Source: a virus (lineage: Duplodnaviria > Heunggongvirae > Uroviricota > Caudoviricetes). From it: a stretch of DNA of 64,000 nt. A model generated the notes under the pieces. The model was given only the letters and a program-made list of their open reading frames with translations, had not been told where the DNA came from and made no database searches. Below, piece after piece: positions 42,457-51,700 of this stretch (its first letter is position 1; each line of letters begins with the position of its first letter). The position numbers and the translations under genes were made by a program. The stretch lies in the IMG/VR virus record IMGVR_UViG_3300025693_000001; one strand, 5' to 3'.

Positions 42457-42713
42457 GTATCAACATCAATGGCATCACACGCATATAGTGTTCCATCTGA
42501 GTGTTGTTTTAGTGTAACTTCTTTGTGACTGCGTTTTTTATTTGGTAGGTACTCACGGACAATATTCTCTTTTGATTTGAATACGGGAGGATTACTAGTT
42601 GTACCTTTACGCTCTTCCATTTCCTTCACCGCAGGGATAACGATTGATGCTAATATACCGATGATTGTTACCACAATCATCATCTCAATTAATGTGAAGC
42701 CTTTTTGTTTCAT
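42438..42713 (-). CDS. Type IV pilin / pseudopilin-like protein (prepilin N-terminal methylation motif)
   Basis: MKQKGFTLIEMMIVVTIIGILASIVIPA is the classic prepilin signature: a short basic leader, G followed by FTLIE, then a hydrophobic helix. The ORF track starts earlier (42791); the ATG at 42713 is favoured. Confidence 0.65.
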   Translation of the reverse strand: MKQKGFTLIEMMIVVTIIGILASIVIPAVKEMEERKGTTSNPPVFKSKENIVREYLPNKKRSHKEVTLKQHSDGTLYACDAIDVDTCYRVK

Positions 42714-42792
42714 AATATTCTCTTTATTGTTAATAAAATTGGGATTCGTCCCATTAGAAAACTGAATTATACTCGATACGTGCACGTGCATG

Positions 42793-43047
42793 CTACGAAA
42801 ATACCATCCAGGCGAAGTATGCGTTCGTTATCACGTAAGACAAACCCACCGACATAACCAGAAATACGATAACAAATAGCACAGGCAATACACCTTGTAT
42901 GCTCAATGATGCTATTCGTTCGTATCTACCACCATACTTGCCTATGAACCCATTTCGGTAATCATTAAATAGGGTAGCCCACCAGACAACTAGGAATCCA
43001 TTAACGATTCCTAGAACCAATACCATAAGGAACAATAATGTATTCAT
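42793..43047 (-). CDS. Small two-TM membrane protein (84 aa)
   Basis: Two hydrophobic helices. Confidence 0.4.
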   Translation of the reverse strand: MNTLLFLMVLVLGIVNGFLVVWWATLFNDYRNGFIGKYGGRYERIASLSIQGVLPVLFVIVFLVMSVGLSYVITNAYFAWMVFS

Positions 43048-45023
43048 TATAACAACTGCATGAAGTCTTCAACTGTAATGATCTTTTTGCTTAGATCTCT
43101 GGCTTTCTTTAGTTTACCACTCGCACCGTTCACATCAACGGTCACAACGAGATCGGTGGTTTTGCTAACACCACTCTGTACTGTACCACCTTTCGACTCC
43201 ACAGCAGCTTGAAGTGGTTTATCACGAAAGCCGGTGAAGCATATTTTCATCCCAGCTAATTTAGCATCGGTTGGTGTTGCACTTTCAAGTGTTACCAGAT
43301 GCTTAACGATGGGGAAAAAGTCATTGAATGCGTTTATAGCGGCCATGGCGCCCGTAGCGGTGATGGTATCAAAGCCATCCAACGATTTGATCGATGATAT
43401 TGATTGGTTGGTGGTAAAGTTACCACCAACTGCTAGCTCAACCTTACGCATCTTTCGTATACCAATTCCACGTTGATTTGAGTGTGCACCTACTAGCTTG
43501 TGTAGTGTAATACCATTTAACTTTTCGTGAATGCTTTTGAATACTTTTTTCCCATTCTCACCCAGCACACCAACCAATTCAGCTTCGGTCATTGTTAGTA
43601 TCGATTCGGGTGTGTCAATTTTGCTATCAACTAATTTCGTTACATTGCCCATACCAAGAAACGCAATATCTAGTTTATCAAAGAAATCATATAACTGCTT
43701 GATTAATATGATGGAATGGTTGCTAATGTCGACTACCTTTGCATCCACACCGTCCCCTTTGTCTGTGGTAGACCAGGTCCAAACGCCGAACTGATCCATT
43801 TGATCATTGAACCACAAGTTGTATTCGTCATCAGACATTTCGTCGGTCTGTCCCAAAATCTTTGTTACATTAGGAACCACATCCCCCATACGAGAGATTG
43901 CCACTTTTGTGCCTGGTCTGATTTTGTTTTCTAGTAAGTATTTGGCGTTTAGGGCTGTAGCATGAACGATAGTAACACCGACCAGATTAACAGGTTTAAC
44001 GTGAAATCGTGGTTTTATGAATCCGTGTTTGGATAATCTCAGTTCAATCCAAGTAACTTCCGTTTCTGCGTAATTATCAGCATCTGTCGTTTTGTACTTA
44101 AATGAATATGATGGATTGAGGGCAGCAGCATTTGGACTGAGTCTCACACGCTCTAATTCGTCATCAACATCAACAACAATACCATCGATTTCATATTCAG
44201 CTTTCTCTTTTCGTTCTGTTAGGTATGCAATTAAGTCTGGATCATTCAGATCCCTACCCATCCGCGTTGCCAGAACGGGAACTTTAAAGCCGTACTCCAT
44301 TAGAGTATACAGCATTGCTGTTTTACTAAGAGTAACACCAACGATTTGGTATGATACGAATTTGAGAAATGAATACACGATATCCGGATTTGTTTTTGAA
44401 TTCATCAACCCTGCAACCATATTGCGAGCGTTTTTGTATTCTAAGCCCTGACGAGTAAACACTTTAGTTTTCAGGACATCAAACCCTTCTTTTGTTAGAA
44501 TGATTTCACCACGAATAGCCAACGATGTTGGGTGTGGTATTGATTTTGGTACAATTTTTGATAGGTGACGAGAAATATCCGCACCTTCCGTACCATCCCC
44601 ACGACTATAACCAATTTGAAACGGTTCATCGTTACCAGGATAGATTGCCATCGCACTAACACCGTCAAGTTTGTCGGTTATAACAAATCGTGATGTTGTT
44701 AATCGGTTATCAGAAACCCAAGCTTCTACATCATTCTCGAATATTTGGTTTAGACTGCCCATTTTATGTGGCAGTTTTACTTTACCACCACGGACAGCAC
44801 TTCCAACCCCAGTAAAATATACGTGGTGAGGAACGGAGAGTTGCAATTTGCGGCGTAGGATGTCGTATTGTGTGTCTGTTAGTGTTAAATCACCATCAGT
44901 ACTGTTGGCATATTCATCGTCGGCAGTCATTAGAATATCAATTAATTCCTGGGTTGAATGCTCTTCGATCAGTGTATCAATTAATTCGGTTGTGGATTTT
45001 GCTGCATCTGTGATAAAACTCAT
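43047..45023 (-). CDS. ligA: NAD+-dependent DNA ligase (LigA type)
   Basis: KxDG adenylation motif as ITDKLDGVSAMA at about residue 118 (E. coli K115); 658 aa; C-terminal BRCT-like KICFTGF...VSKTTDLVVT...SGKLKKA. Confidence 0.85.
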   Translation of the reverse strand: MSFITDAAKSTTELIDTLIEEHSTQELIDILMTADDEYANSTDGDLTLTDTQYDILRRKLQLSVPHHVYFTGVGSAVRGGKVKLPHKMGSLNQIFENDVEAWVSDNRLTTSRFVITDKLDGVSAMAIYPGNDEPFQIGYSRGDGTEGADISRHLSKIVPKSIPHPTSLAIRGEIILTKEGFDVLKTKVFTRQGLEYKNARNMVAGLMNSKTNPDIVYSFLKFVSYQIVGVTLSKTAMLYTLMEYGFKVPVLATRMGRDLNDPDLIAYLTERKEKAEYEIDGIVVDVDDELERVRLSPNAAALNPSYSFKYKTTDADNYAETEVTWIELRLSKHGFIKPRFHVKPVNLVGVTIVHATALNAKYLLENKIRPGTKVAISRMGDVVPNVTKILGQTDEMSDDEYNLWFNDQMDQFGVWTWSTTDKGDGVDAKVVDISNHSIILIKQLYDFFDKLDIAFLGMGNVTKLVDSKIDTPESILTMTEAELVGVLGENGKKVFKSIHEKLNGITLHKLVGAHSNQRGIGIRKMRKVELAVGGNFTTNQSISSIKSLDGFDTITATGAMAAINAFNDFFPIVKHLVTLESATPTDAKLAGMKICFTGFRDKPLQAAVESKGGTVQSGVSKTTDLVVTVDVNGASGKLKKARDLSKKIITVEDFMQLL

Positions 45024-45089
45024 TGGTAACCCTTATTTGTGTAATTGAGTATATTATAGGTTAAAGTGTTGTTGTTGTCAACCAACCAT

Positions 45090-45097
45090 TATAAATA
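45090..45097 (+). promoter_or_regulatory. T4-type late promoter box TATAAATA (plus strand)
   Basis: Exact octamer 29 nt upstream of the ATG at 45126, with AGGA between them. Confidence 0.5.
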
Positions 45098-45125
45098 CAC
45101 CATTATTAACTAATAGGAAATTATA

Positions 45126-45551
45126 ATGACTCAACCAACAATAGCCGATTATCAAGTTGACTTAACAGAGAGCTTGAAAGGTAAGATAGATTTAAACGAC
45201 ATCAAAGATGTAAGTGCCCCCGGACCTGCAGATGGTGAAGCATTGGTGTGGAATAACACAAACGCGAAATGGGAGTCTAGCATTTCTGCACCAGGTACAC
45301 ATTACATAGAGGTGACTGGAGCAGGTGTTGGTACAGTATTACCAGGCGGTTGGTCTGTTGTACGTGATAGTGCAGGAGTATACACGATAACACACAACTT
45401 GGGCAATTCGACGTTGGGATATGCAATCATGCAAGCTGATGCTGTAGCTATTGCTCAGTCTAGTAGTATAACAGCTACGACTACTAATACGTTTACTATA
45501 ACATTTAGTAGTGCAACTGATACTGATTTTGCTGGTCGTGTGATTACTTAA
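45126..45551 (+). CDS. Late-promoter-driven small beta-rich protein (141 aa), possibly virion-associated
   Basis: Late box plus Shine-Dalgarno; Thr/Ser/Gly-rich composition. Confidence 0.45.
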   Translation: MTQPTIADYQVDLTESLKGKIDLNDIKDVSAPGPADGEALVWNNTNAKWESSISAPGTHYIEVTGAGVGTVLPGGWSVVRDSAGVYTITHNLGNSTLGYAIMQADAVAIAQSSSITATTTNTFTITFSSATDTDFAGRVIT

Positions 45552-46309
45552 CTCACAGCATTTTCGTAATTGGTCATGCTGTGGTCTGATATTGATGGAG
45601 TACCATCACCATTACCAAGTTGCGATAACTCCACTGGGTGGTGGTAATAGAAAGGAAATGCAAACGGTACCATTGGTACGATGTCATCCTCGTAACGGTA
45701 TATTGTTATGGGAAATCGTACTGATGTATCTTCATTGTGTCGTTGTTTATTGTACACGAAGGTACGAGGACAAGCAAATCCAACATATTCAACAACCTCA
45801 TATCCATCATGTTTTAATAACATTCCTACGATAAGTGCTAGTGCCGCTCCAAGTGAATGTCCAGTTAGCACTACAGGCTTGTCTTTGTATATGTGAGACT
45901 TCAAGTCTTCAGTGATCCGTACAGCGCCTTTGAGAAAACCAGAATGTGCCCAACCTAACACTGGATGGTACCAAGGAATAAAGCGCATGTCGCGTATAAC
46001 ATCCATAAATCCCAAACCGGAGATTAATTGGCCTCCTTCTGTTCCTCGTATTGCTATAACTTGCTGGTCTTTCTTTAGTTCCACTAACACTTCACACTCG
46101 TTTGTCGAGAAAGTGTATGCGTCGTAGCTACGTGCAGCTGCTCGTGCTAATTCTTTGTGTGTAATTTGTTCCATTGCTATACTCCTGATAAAAACGTATT
46201 TAGGATTCACCACCATAAATACCAGGACAAGCACGATAACAATGATGTTATCATTTACACGGAATGAGGAAGGAAATTCATGGCTGATAATCACGATAGA
46301 CGCAATCAA
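45548..46309 (-). CDS. Class 3 lipase (alpha/beta hydrolase)
   Basis: VVLTGHSLGAALALIVG nucleophile elbow GHSLG. Confidence 0.8.
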   Translation of the reverse strand: MIASIVIISHEFPSSFRVNDNIIVIVLVLVFMVVNPKYVFIRSIAMEQITHKELARAAARSYDAYTFSTNECEVLVELKKDQQVIAIRGTEGGQLISGLGFMDVIRDMRFIPWYHPVLGWAHSGFLKGAVRITEDLKSHIYKDKPVVLTGHSLGAALALIVGMLLKHDGYEVVEYVGFACPRTFVYNKQRHNEDTSVRFPITIYRYEDDIVPMVPFAFPFYYHHPVELSQLGNGDGTPSISDHSMTNYENAVS

Positions 46310-46579
46310 AAAACTGTATGGGATATCTTGCCTGCGTTAGCTATGATAGGTAGCGTTATTACCGCATGGGTGAATCTAAACGGAGAGCTAACTCAAGTAC
46401 AAATACAGCAAGAATATAGTGAGAAATTCAACTCGGTAAAGATCGAAGAGTTGCAAAAAGATCTAACAACAATAAAACAATCGATCGCACATATAAAAAC
46501 TACCGATGCTGAGCTACAAGAGCAGTTATCGGATATGGAGCGTACCGTTACACACATATACTCAACCAACAAGAGATAA
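46280..46579 (+). CDS. Membrane-anchored coiled-coil protein (99 aa)
   Basis: GAGGAAGGAAA Shine-Dalgarno before the ATG; one TM, then a heptad-like region. Confidence 0.4.
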   Translation: MADNHDRRNQKTVWDILPALAMIGSVITAWVNLNGELTQVQIQQEYSEKFNSVKIEELQKDLTTIKQSIAHIKTTDAELQEQLSDMERTVTHIYSTNKR

Positions 46580-46584
46580 ACAAC

Positions 46585-47013
46585 GTGACTCGTATACTAA
46601 TAATGCTACTACTGGTAGCATCGCTTCGACACGCGCATGCCGAAACGGTAATACACACTGCTCCGCCTGCTGAAAAACTAACAGCAACGCAGACGTTTAA
46701 ATTGACAAACATATTTACCCGAAAAACAACAAAATGGGTATCAACAGGTGCAAAGATAACGGTGTTTATCCGTCCAATAAACTCAATCGAGCACAAACTT
46801 TTTGTTTTGCAGTGGTTAAACCTATCAAACTACCGATACAAAAAGTTATTACAACAAAATACGTTCTCTGGTATTTCATCAAGCGTAAAAACTATCATTT
46901 CCGATGAGCAAATGATGATTATAATTAAATCCACACCAAATTCAATTGGGTATGTGGGCGACTACATGGTATGGAATGATGATTCGGAAATTACTATTAT
47001 TACTGCTGATTAG
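46585..47013 (+). CDS. Secreted PstS-like (periplasmic phosphate-binding-protein fold, short form) protein
   Basis: Signal peptide MTRILIMLLLVASLRHAHA/E. KITVFIRPINSIEHKLFVLQWL and PNSIGYVGDYMV resemble PstS ...VVRRADGSGTSFVFTSYL and ...PGAIGYVEYAYA. GTG start. Confidence 0.4.
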   Translation: MTRILIMLLLVASLRHAHAETVIHTAPPAEKLTATQTFKLTNIFTRKTTKWVSTGAKITVFIRPINSIEHKLFVLQWLNLSNYRYKKLLQQNTFSGISSSVKTIISDEQMMIIIKSTPNSIGYVGDYMVWNDDSEITIITAD

Positions 47014-48052
47014 TTTTGTTCCGTTTGCTACACATGCACACGATCACGACACTAGAAGTTACATAGACAAACACTTTGATGTATCCGGATATGTTGGATA
47101 TCAATTTGTATACGGATCACCCGAACCGGAACCGGTTGAAAGCAGTCCGGAAGTTGGACTGTTGATCAATTACGACATATCATCTGAGTGGATGGCTTTT
47201 ACCCAATTCAGATTGGATACTGAGCACATGGAGCAATCAGTTGCATATGCATTTGTAGAGTACGACAGCGTGATAGCTGATGTCGTTCCAATAGAGCTAA
47301 CAGCTGGTAAGTTACGACATCACTACGGATTATACAACAAAGACCGTTTAAACCCACGAACACGACCAGGAAATGTTGCTCCACAAGCAATGTACTGGGA
47401 TCAATTGCGATATGCGTTGACAAGCGGTTGGGGTGTAGCAGTTGGAACATCATATGAAAATTGGTCGTTTAAATACACAATCACCACACCAATCGTGGTT
47501 GATAAGAAAGAAGAGTCTGTTATTTGGTTTTCTGGACGTCCGATAGAAGTAGAAACAAAATTTGGTGGTCATCAATTGATTAACATTGATTACATCAGAG
47601 ACGACTGGAGGGTTGTTACGGCGATAACGCTACAAGATTGGGGGCATGGAGCAGCAGGTAAAAATTATATTGTATCACTGGGTGGTGAAAAACGTTTTGG
47701 TGATGTAACATTATCACTAGAAGGGATGGCGGTGATGAAGTACTTGAATACATCATACGGTATTTCTGCTACTGCTCAGTATGATGTGTCGGATTTGATA
47801 TCTGTCCACGCAAATTATAACAGATACGAAGCCATCTTTAAGGATGATGCTATAGCTGCAATGCGTACACCACACACAATCATGTCAAACGATGCTAGTG
47901 TTGGAATTACGATACACCGCGACCAATGGGAAGTTAAAACAGAATATCACGTGGCTAAGGGAAGTATCTGGATTGATTACAAAACAGCATCCAACCCAGA
48001 ATTTGCCGATTTGTGGCATTACGGAGCAGTGTCAGTAGTATACCACTTTTAG
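46976..48052 (+). CDS. Outer-membrane beta-barrel protein (porin-like; possibly phosphate-selective porin O/P family)
   Basis: Signal peptide MMIRKLLLLLLISFVPFATHA; alternating hydrophobic beta-strand pattern; C-terminal ...VSVVYHF with terminal Phe, the outer-membrane-protein assembly signature. The ORF track starts at TTG 46946. Confidence 0.5.
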   Translation: MMIRKLLLLLLISFVPFATHAHDHDTRSYIDKHFDVSGYVGYQFVYGSPEPEPVESSPEVGLLINYDISSEWMAFTQFRLDTEHMEQSVAYAFVEYDSVIADVVPIELTAGKLRHHYGLYNKDRLNPRTRPGNVAPQAMYWDQLRYALTSGWGVAVGTSYENWSFKYTITTPIVVDKKEESVIWFSGRPIEVETKFGGHQLINIDYIRDDWRVVTAITLQDWGHGAAGKNYIVSLGGEKRFGDVTLSLEGMAVMKYLNTSYGISATAQYDVSDLISVHANYNRYEAIFKDDAIAAMRTPHTIMSNDASVGITIHRDQWEVKTEYHVAKGSIWIDYKTASNPEFADLWHYGAVSVVYHF

Positions 48053-48401
48053 GACTGTATAACAGCTCCCCGTCCAGCTCCAGTCATTCCGTAGTGGGTG
48101 TCTATGTTAGAAAAATGGGGATCGGTATCCCCCTTTATGTTTCTTTTTCTTTTTCGCTTTCTTGTGTGAATATTAATTTTCGTGGTTTTGTATTCTTTTG
48201 ATGATACCAATTCTTCAACTTTCATATGTCACCTATTCAAAAATGCACCAGGTGTACTACCTTGATGCGGACTTTGATTCCATCCAGCACTCAACTCGGG
48301 ATCTGCTGGGTTTTTAGCTTTACGTTTTATCATGGCTCTCATTCGTTTGAGAACTTCTGCTTTAGTTGGTTCAGGAACTACCTCGTGCACTTTCATCCTG
48401 G

Positions 48402-48409
48402 TATTTATA
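48402..48409 (-). promoter_or_regulatory. T4-type late promoter box TATAAATA
   Basis: Forward tatttata overlapping the stop of the 48405-49202 gene; followed on the minus strand by AGGA and a GTG/ATG start of an unlisted ORF of about 52 aa. Confidence 0.4.
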
Positions 48410-49202
48410 ACTCGACAGTCAACAGGTCGTTAAATTCTCCATTAACATCATGTTTCATGTATCCGAATGGGTTTGCTAGTATTCTAGTATTACCAATCAT
48501 GTAGTCACTAGTTGAGTGCATGTGTCCGTGAACCCACACATCTGGTTCAGCGGCGAGTATTTCATCCACCAATACTGAAGCATATGCACCAGCTGTGTCA
48601 GCATTTCGCCACTCAGGCGCCGACGATTCATGTGATGGAGCGTGATGAGTAACAACCATAACGCTGTTGCCCATTTCTTTTTGTTTTGGAATTTCTTTGA
48701 ATATAAAGTCTTTTGCATGAGTAAAGTCAACAAATGCATCTTCTGGACCAAATTTCCTACGCCACGGCTCACTTTTCGGGCCTGTTCGTATCAGTTTGAA
48801 ATCATTCATACCAGTTTTTGCATACCACATTGACATCGGATTTCCACCATCGAAATCAGTCCACAACGTGGCACACACGAATGCAACACCATCAACGATA
48901 ACAGTATCTTTATCTACCACACTAACATTGCTCAATGATTTTAATTTGTCTTGCAATATGCTCAACGTTAATGGAAATTTACCACGGTAGTGCTCATGGT
49001 TTCCCATTATATATATTATGTGTTTAAATCTGTTGCTCATTTTGGTAAAAAATCCAACATACACATCCGGTTGGTGCGCTATCCCAATATCACCCGCCAA
49101 CACCAACGTGGTGTTCTGTTCATCTTCACCAACCGCCACATCCAATTCTCCAAATTCAAGATGGAGGTCACTCATTATTCGTATTTTCACCAATGTTACC
49201 AA
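48405..49202 (-). CDS. Calcineurin-like metallophosphoesterase
   Basis: MSDLHLEFGE (DxH), VLAGDIG (GDxxD), GNHEHY (GNHE). Confidence 0.8.
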   Translation of the reverse strand: MVTLVKIRIMSDLHLEFGELDVAVGEDEQNTTLVLAGDIGIAHQPDVYVGFFTKMSNRFKHIIYIMGNHEHYRGKFPLTLSILQDKLKSLSNVSVVDKDTVIVDGVAFVCATLWTDFDGGNPMSMWYAKTGMNDFKLIRTGPKSEPWRRKFGPEDAFVDFTHAKDFIFKEIPKQKEMGNSVMVVTHHAPSHESSAPEWRNADTAGAYASVLVDEILAAEPDVWVHGHMHSTSDYMIGNTRILANPFGYMKHDVNGEFNDLLTVEL

Positions 49203-49213
49203 TGTTAAAATTG

Positions 49214-49570
49214 TTACCCAGTCGCATAAAACGCATCTGGGTGTTTGTTTTTCTTTTTCATATTTTCCGTATGTGGAATTATTCGTAAGTTTGATATGGT
49301 ATGCAATCCACTCACGAGTTTTCCGTTAATGGGATAGTAATGATCCACGGAGTGTATCATTAAAGTGGCTGTTGATATCGTTTTGGCTAACGCATACGTA
49401 TCACGGATCCACACCCGCTCGAGTGGTGTCATCCAATTAGGTGTTGCTCTTTTTTGTTGTTGATATCGTTTCGACATGCAAGCAACACACCGATTGCATT
49501 TTATGTATCGTATCCCGCTGTGTCCGTTTCGACAGGGTTTACCTTGGTATTGCGTGACTGATTGTGTCAT
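49214..49570 (-). CDS. HNH endonuclease (CRNGH subfamily, paralogue of 14877-15461)
   Basis: CRNGHSG...CNRCVAC and VDHYYPINGKLVSGLHTISNLRIIPHTEN. Confidence 0.6.
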   Translation of the reverse strand: MTQSVTQYQGKPCRNGHSGIRYIKCNRCVACMSKRYQQQKRATPNWMTPLERVWIRDTYALAKTISTATLMIHSVDHYYPINGKLVSGLHTISNLRIIPHTENMKKKNKHPDAFYATG

Positions 49571-50370
49571 TTTAATCTAGCTCGTTGTACATGCATGTAG
49601 TCACGATTCGTGGCACGTCCAAGAGATGTCCATTGTTCATCTTCCCAGATTTTCCACCACTCGTCGTACATTGGATTTGCAAAATTGGCACGTTGACTTC
49701 CCCACTTTAACTGATTTCTGGCACTATCCCAATCGATAGCAATACCCCAAGAGTGCATGGAGTAGTTGTTACCACCACGCATCTTACGAACATTCAAACA
49801 TCCAGCCCAAAGATCCATACCCAAATCGATGTATTGTTCGGATCCGTAATGATCCAGAACTCGATCTAACACACGAACGATACTATCAGCAACCTTTTCG
49901 TGACAAGTAAATCTGTTGATTTTTGTGTCAGTATCCCAAGCCAGACGTACAGCATGTGGCAAATCAACTTTTACTTGATTTGTACCCACTTCTCCGTAAT
50001 ATTTTACTAGGTCTTTGTAATTTTGTAAAGGAATATCCGATATAATACCAGGTGCTGGAACATTAACATCACCATCACGCCAAATTTGTTCTGGTTTATC
50101 ATGTTTGATTAAATACTTTAGTTGATCCAATGCGTATAATGTTTGTGGTCCCATGTATCCATCTATTGGTCCTCCATTGAATCCTTCAATAAAAGCATAC
50201 AACTGGATGAAACACACGATTTTGCGTTGATCCTTCCAAGGTAATGGGATTTGTGGAACGTGATCCAATGCTGCCATTGTTTTTGCACCAGCATCACCAT
50301 CAACGATCAAGTTCTGAGCGCAATGCTTATTCATACCAGTTTGTACTGTTTGTATTGTTTCTATATTCAT
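49567..50370 (-). CDS. Endolysin: peptidoglycan-binding domain plus peptidase M15 (L-alanyl-D-glutamate / D-Ala-D-Ala peptidase family)
   Basis: N-terminal DGDAGAKTMAALD (PG_binding_1-like); C-terminal SMHSWGIAIDWD (SxHxxGxAxD) of M15 peptidases. Confidence 0.8.
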   Translation of the reverse strand: MNIETIQTVQTGMNKHCAQNLIVDGDAGAKTMAALDHVPQIPLPWKDQRKIVCFIQLYAFIEGFNGGPIDGYMGPQTLYALDQLKYLIKHDKPEQIWRDGDVNVPAPGIISDIPLQNYKDLVKYYGEVGTNQVKVDLPHAVRLAWDTDTKINRFTCHEKVADSIVRVLDRVLDHYGSEQYIDLGMDLWAGCLNVRKMRGGNNYSMHSWGIAIDWDSARNQLKWGSQRANFANPMYDEWWKIWEDEQWTSLGRATNRDYMHVQRARLK

Positions 50371-51436
50371 GTATTCACCTCGATGTAATATCGTTGTTTA
50401 ATTATATTGTCTTATACACCAAGAATCAAACGCTTACTAACGGTCATTCTGCGAAAGAGAGGCAATTATATCCATGGTAGTTTTGTAACTTGCGATGTCA
50501 TTGTACATATTTGGTGGGATCTTGAGTATCTGCTCATCAAATGTAATCATATCTTCCAACAAATCAGATGTTGGGAGTAACTCTTTGTTACGTGCTGCCA
50601 GGAAGGCGGGATCATCATGGAGAAGTTTTACCAGCACATAAATTAGGTCAACATTAAGTGAATTATCCTTATTTTGTTGATAGTAAATCATCAACTCGAT
50701 TGGATATTTTTTAATTAACAAATTGGCCAAGAATTCGTGACTAATAATGATGGTATCTTTGTCTTTGGTTTTTGAGTCATCACACATACCACCACTCAAC
50801 AGCGGTGACAAGGAAAAGTGATCGCCTGTCTCGATTATCACCGTATCTTTGATCAGTTCCAACATATCCGTTACAAAATCATCTGGAATGTCAATTTGTG
50901 CAGAAATATTATCGGGCAATGTGGTTGGTATATAAGTCATGTGCTTTATCCAGTTAGTTATCAATGCGTAAATGATACCCTATTGCGATCCAATTATCAA
51001 CTATTAATACGTTGATACATCTCGATAAAGTCTGTCGGACTGGTTTGTCCAGCAATCATACTGTCTAATTGTGTTGTCACATATGCTTTTAAGCTACCAT
51101 TGAATTCCGGTAAATCATACAGTCGTACTACGTCATATCGCAACCGAGCGATGTCATTGAGGGTTTTTATCTGTTTCTTCATTTTGTTTCCGTGACCTGT
51201 ATACAGGGTGTAATACACATTCAGTGTGAGAGCATATTGTGTGTGTGCGTTTTGATAGACCAAAGATTATACCAACAACACACCCAAGCCACAATTGAAC
51301 AGCCATACCGTACAAAATACTAATATACGACAATGCGTCAGGTAAATCGTTCCACAGTATTAACCCCCAGATAACAAGACAAGCAAATGTGGCTAGTTTG
51401 ATGCTAGCCAATTTTATTAAAGCCGCTGACGGACGT

Positions 51437-51700
51437 TTAATCGTCATGATCGTATGCGCATGAGTGGGCTTCGTCAACCAAGCAAGCTGCACAACACGAT
51501 CGATGGTACCTCCAGTTGTAATACAACAAGAATGTCCATGATGATAAACAAAAACCCCACAACCCCTTAGCTACGTTGTGTGCGGCAGTATAATCTGGTG
51601 TTACTGGTACATGTATCATGTAGTTTGTTAACAATACATCACCCCAACACAACAGAAGTAATGCTGTAAAAATGAATATGAATATTTTCTTAGCTTCCAT
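51437..51700 (-). CDS. Small membrane protein (possible holin-class protein)
   Basis: Two TM helices in 87 aa; within about 1 kb of the endolysin; function not established. Confidence 0.3.
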   Translation of the reverse strand: MEAKKIFIFIFTALLLLCWGDVLLTNYMIHVPVTPDYTAAHNVAKGLWGFCLSSWTFLLYYNWRYHRSCCAACLVDEAHSCAYDHDD

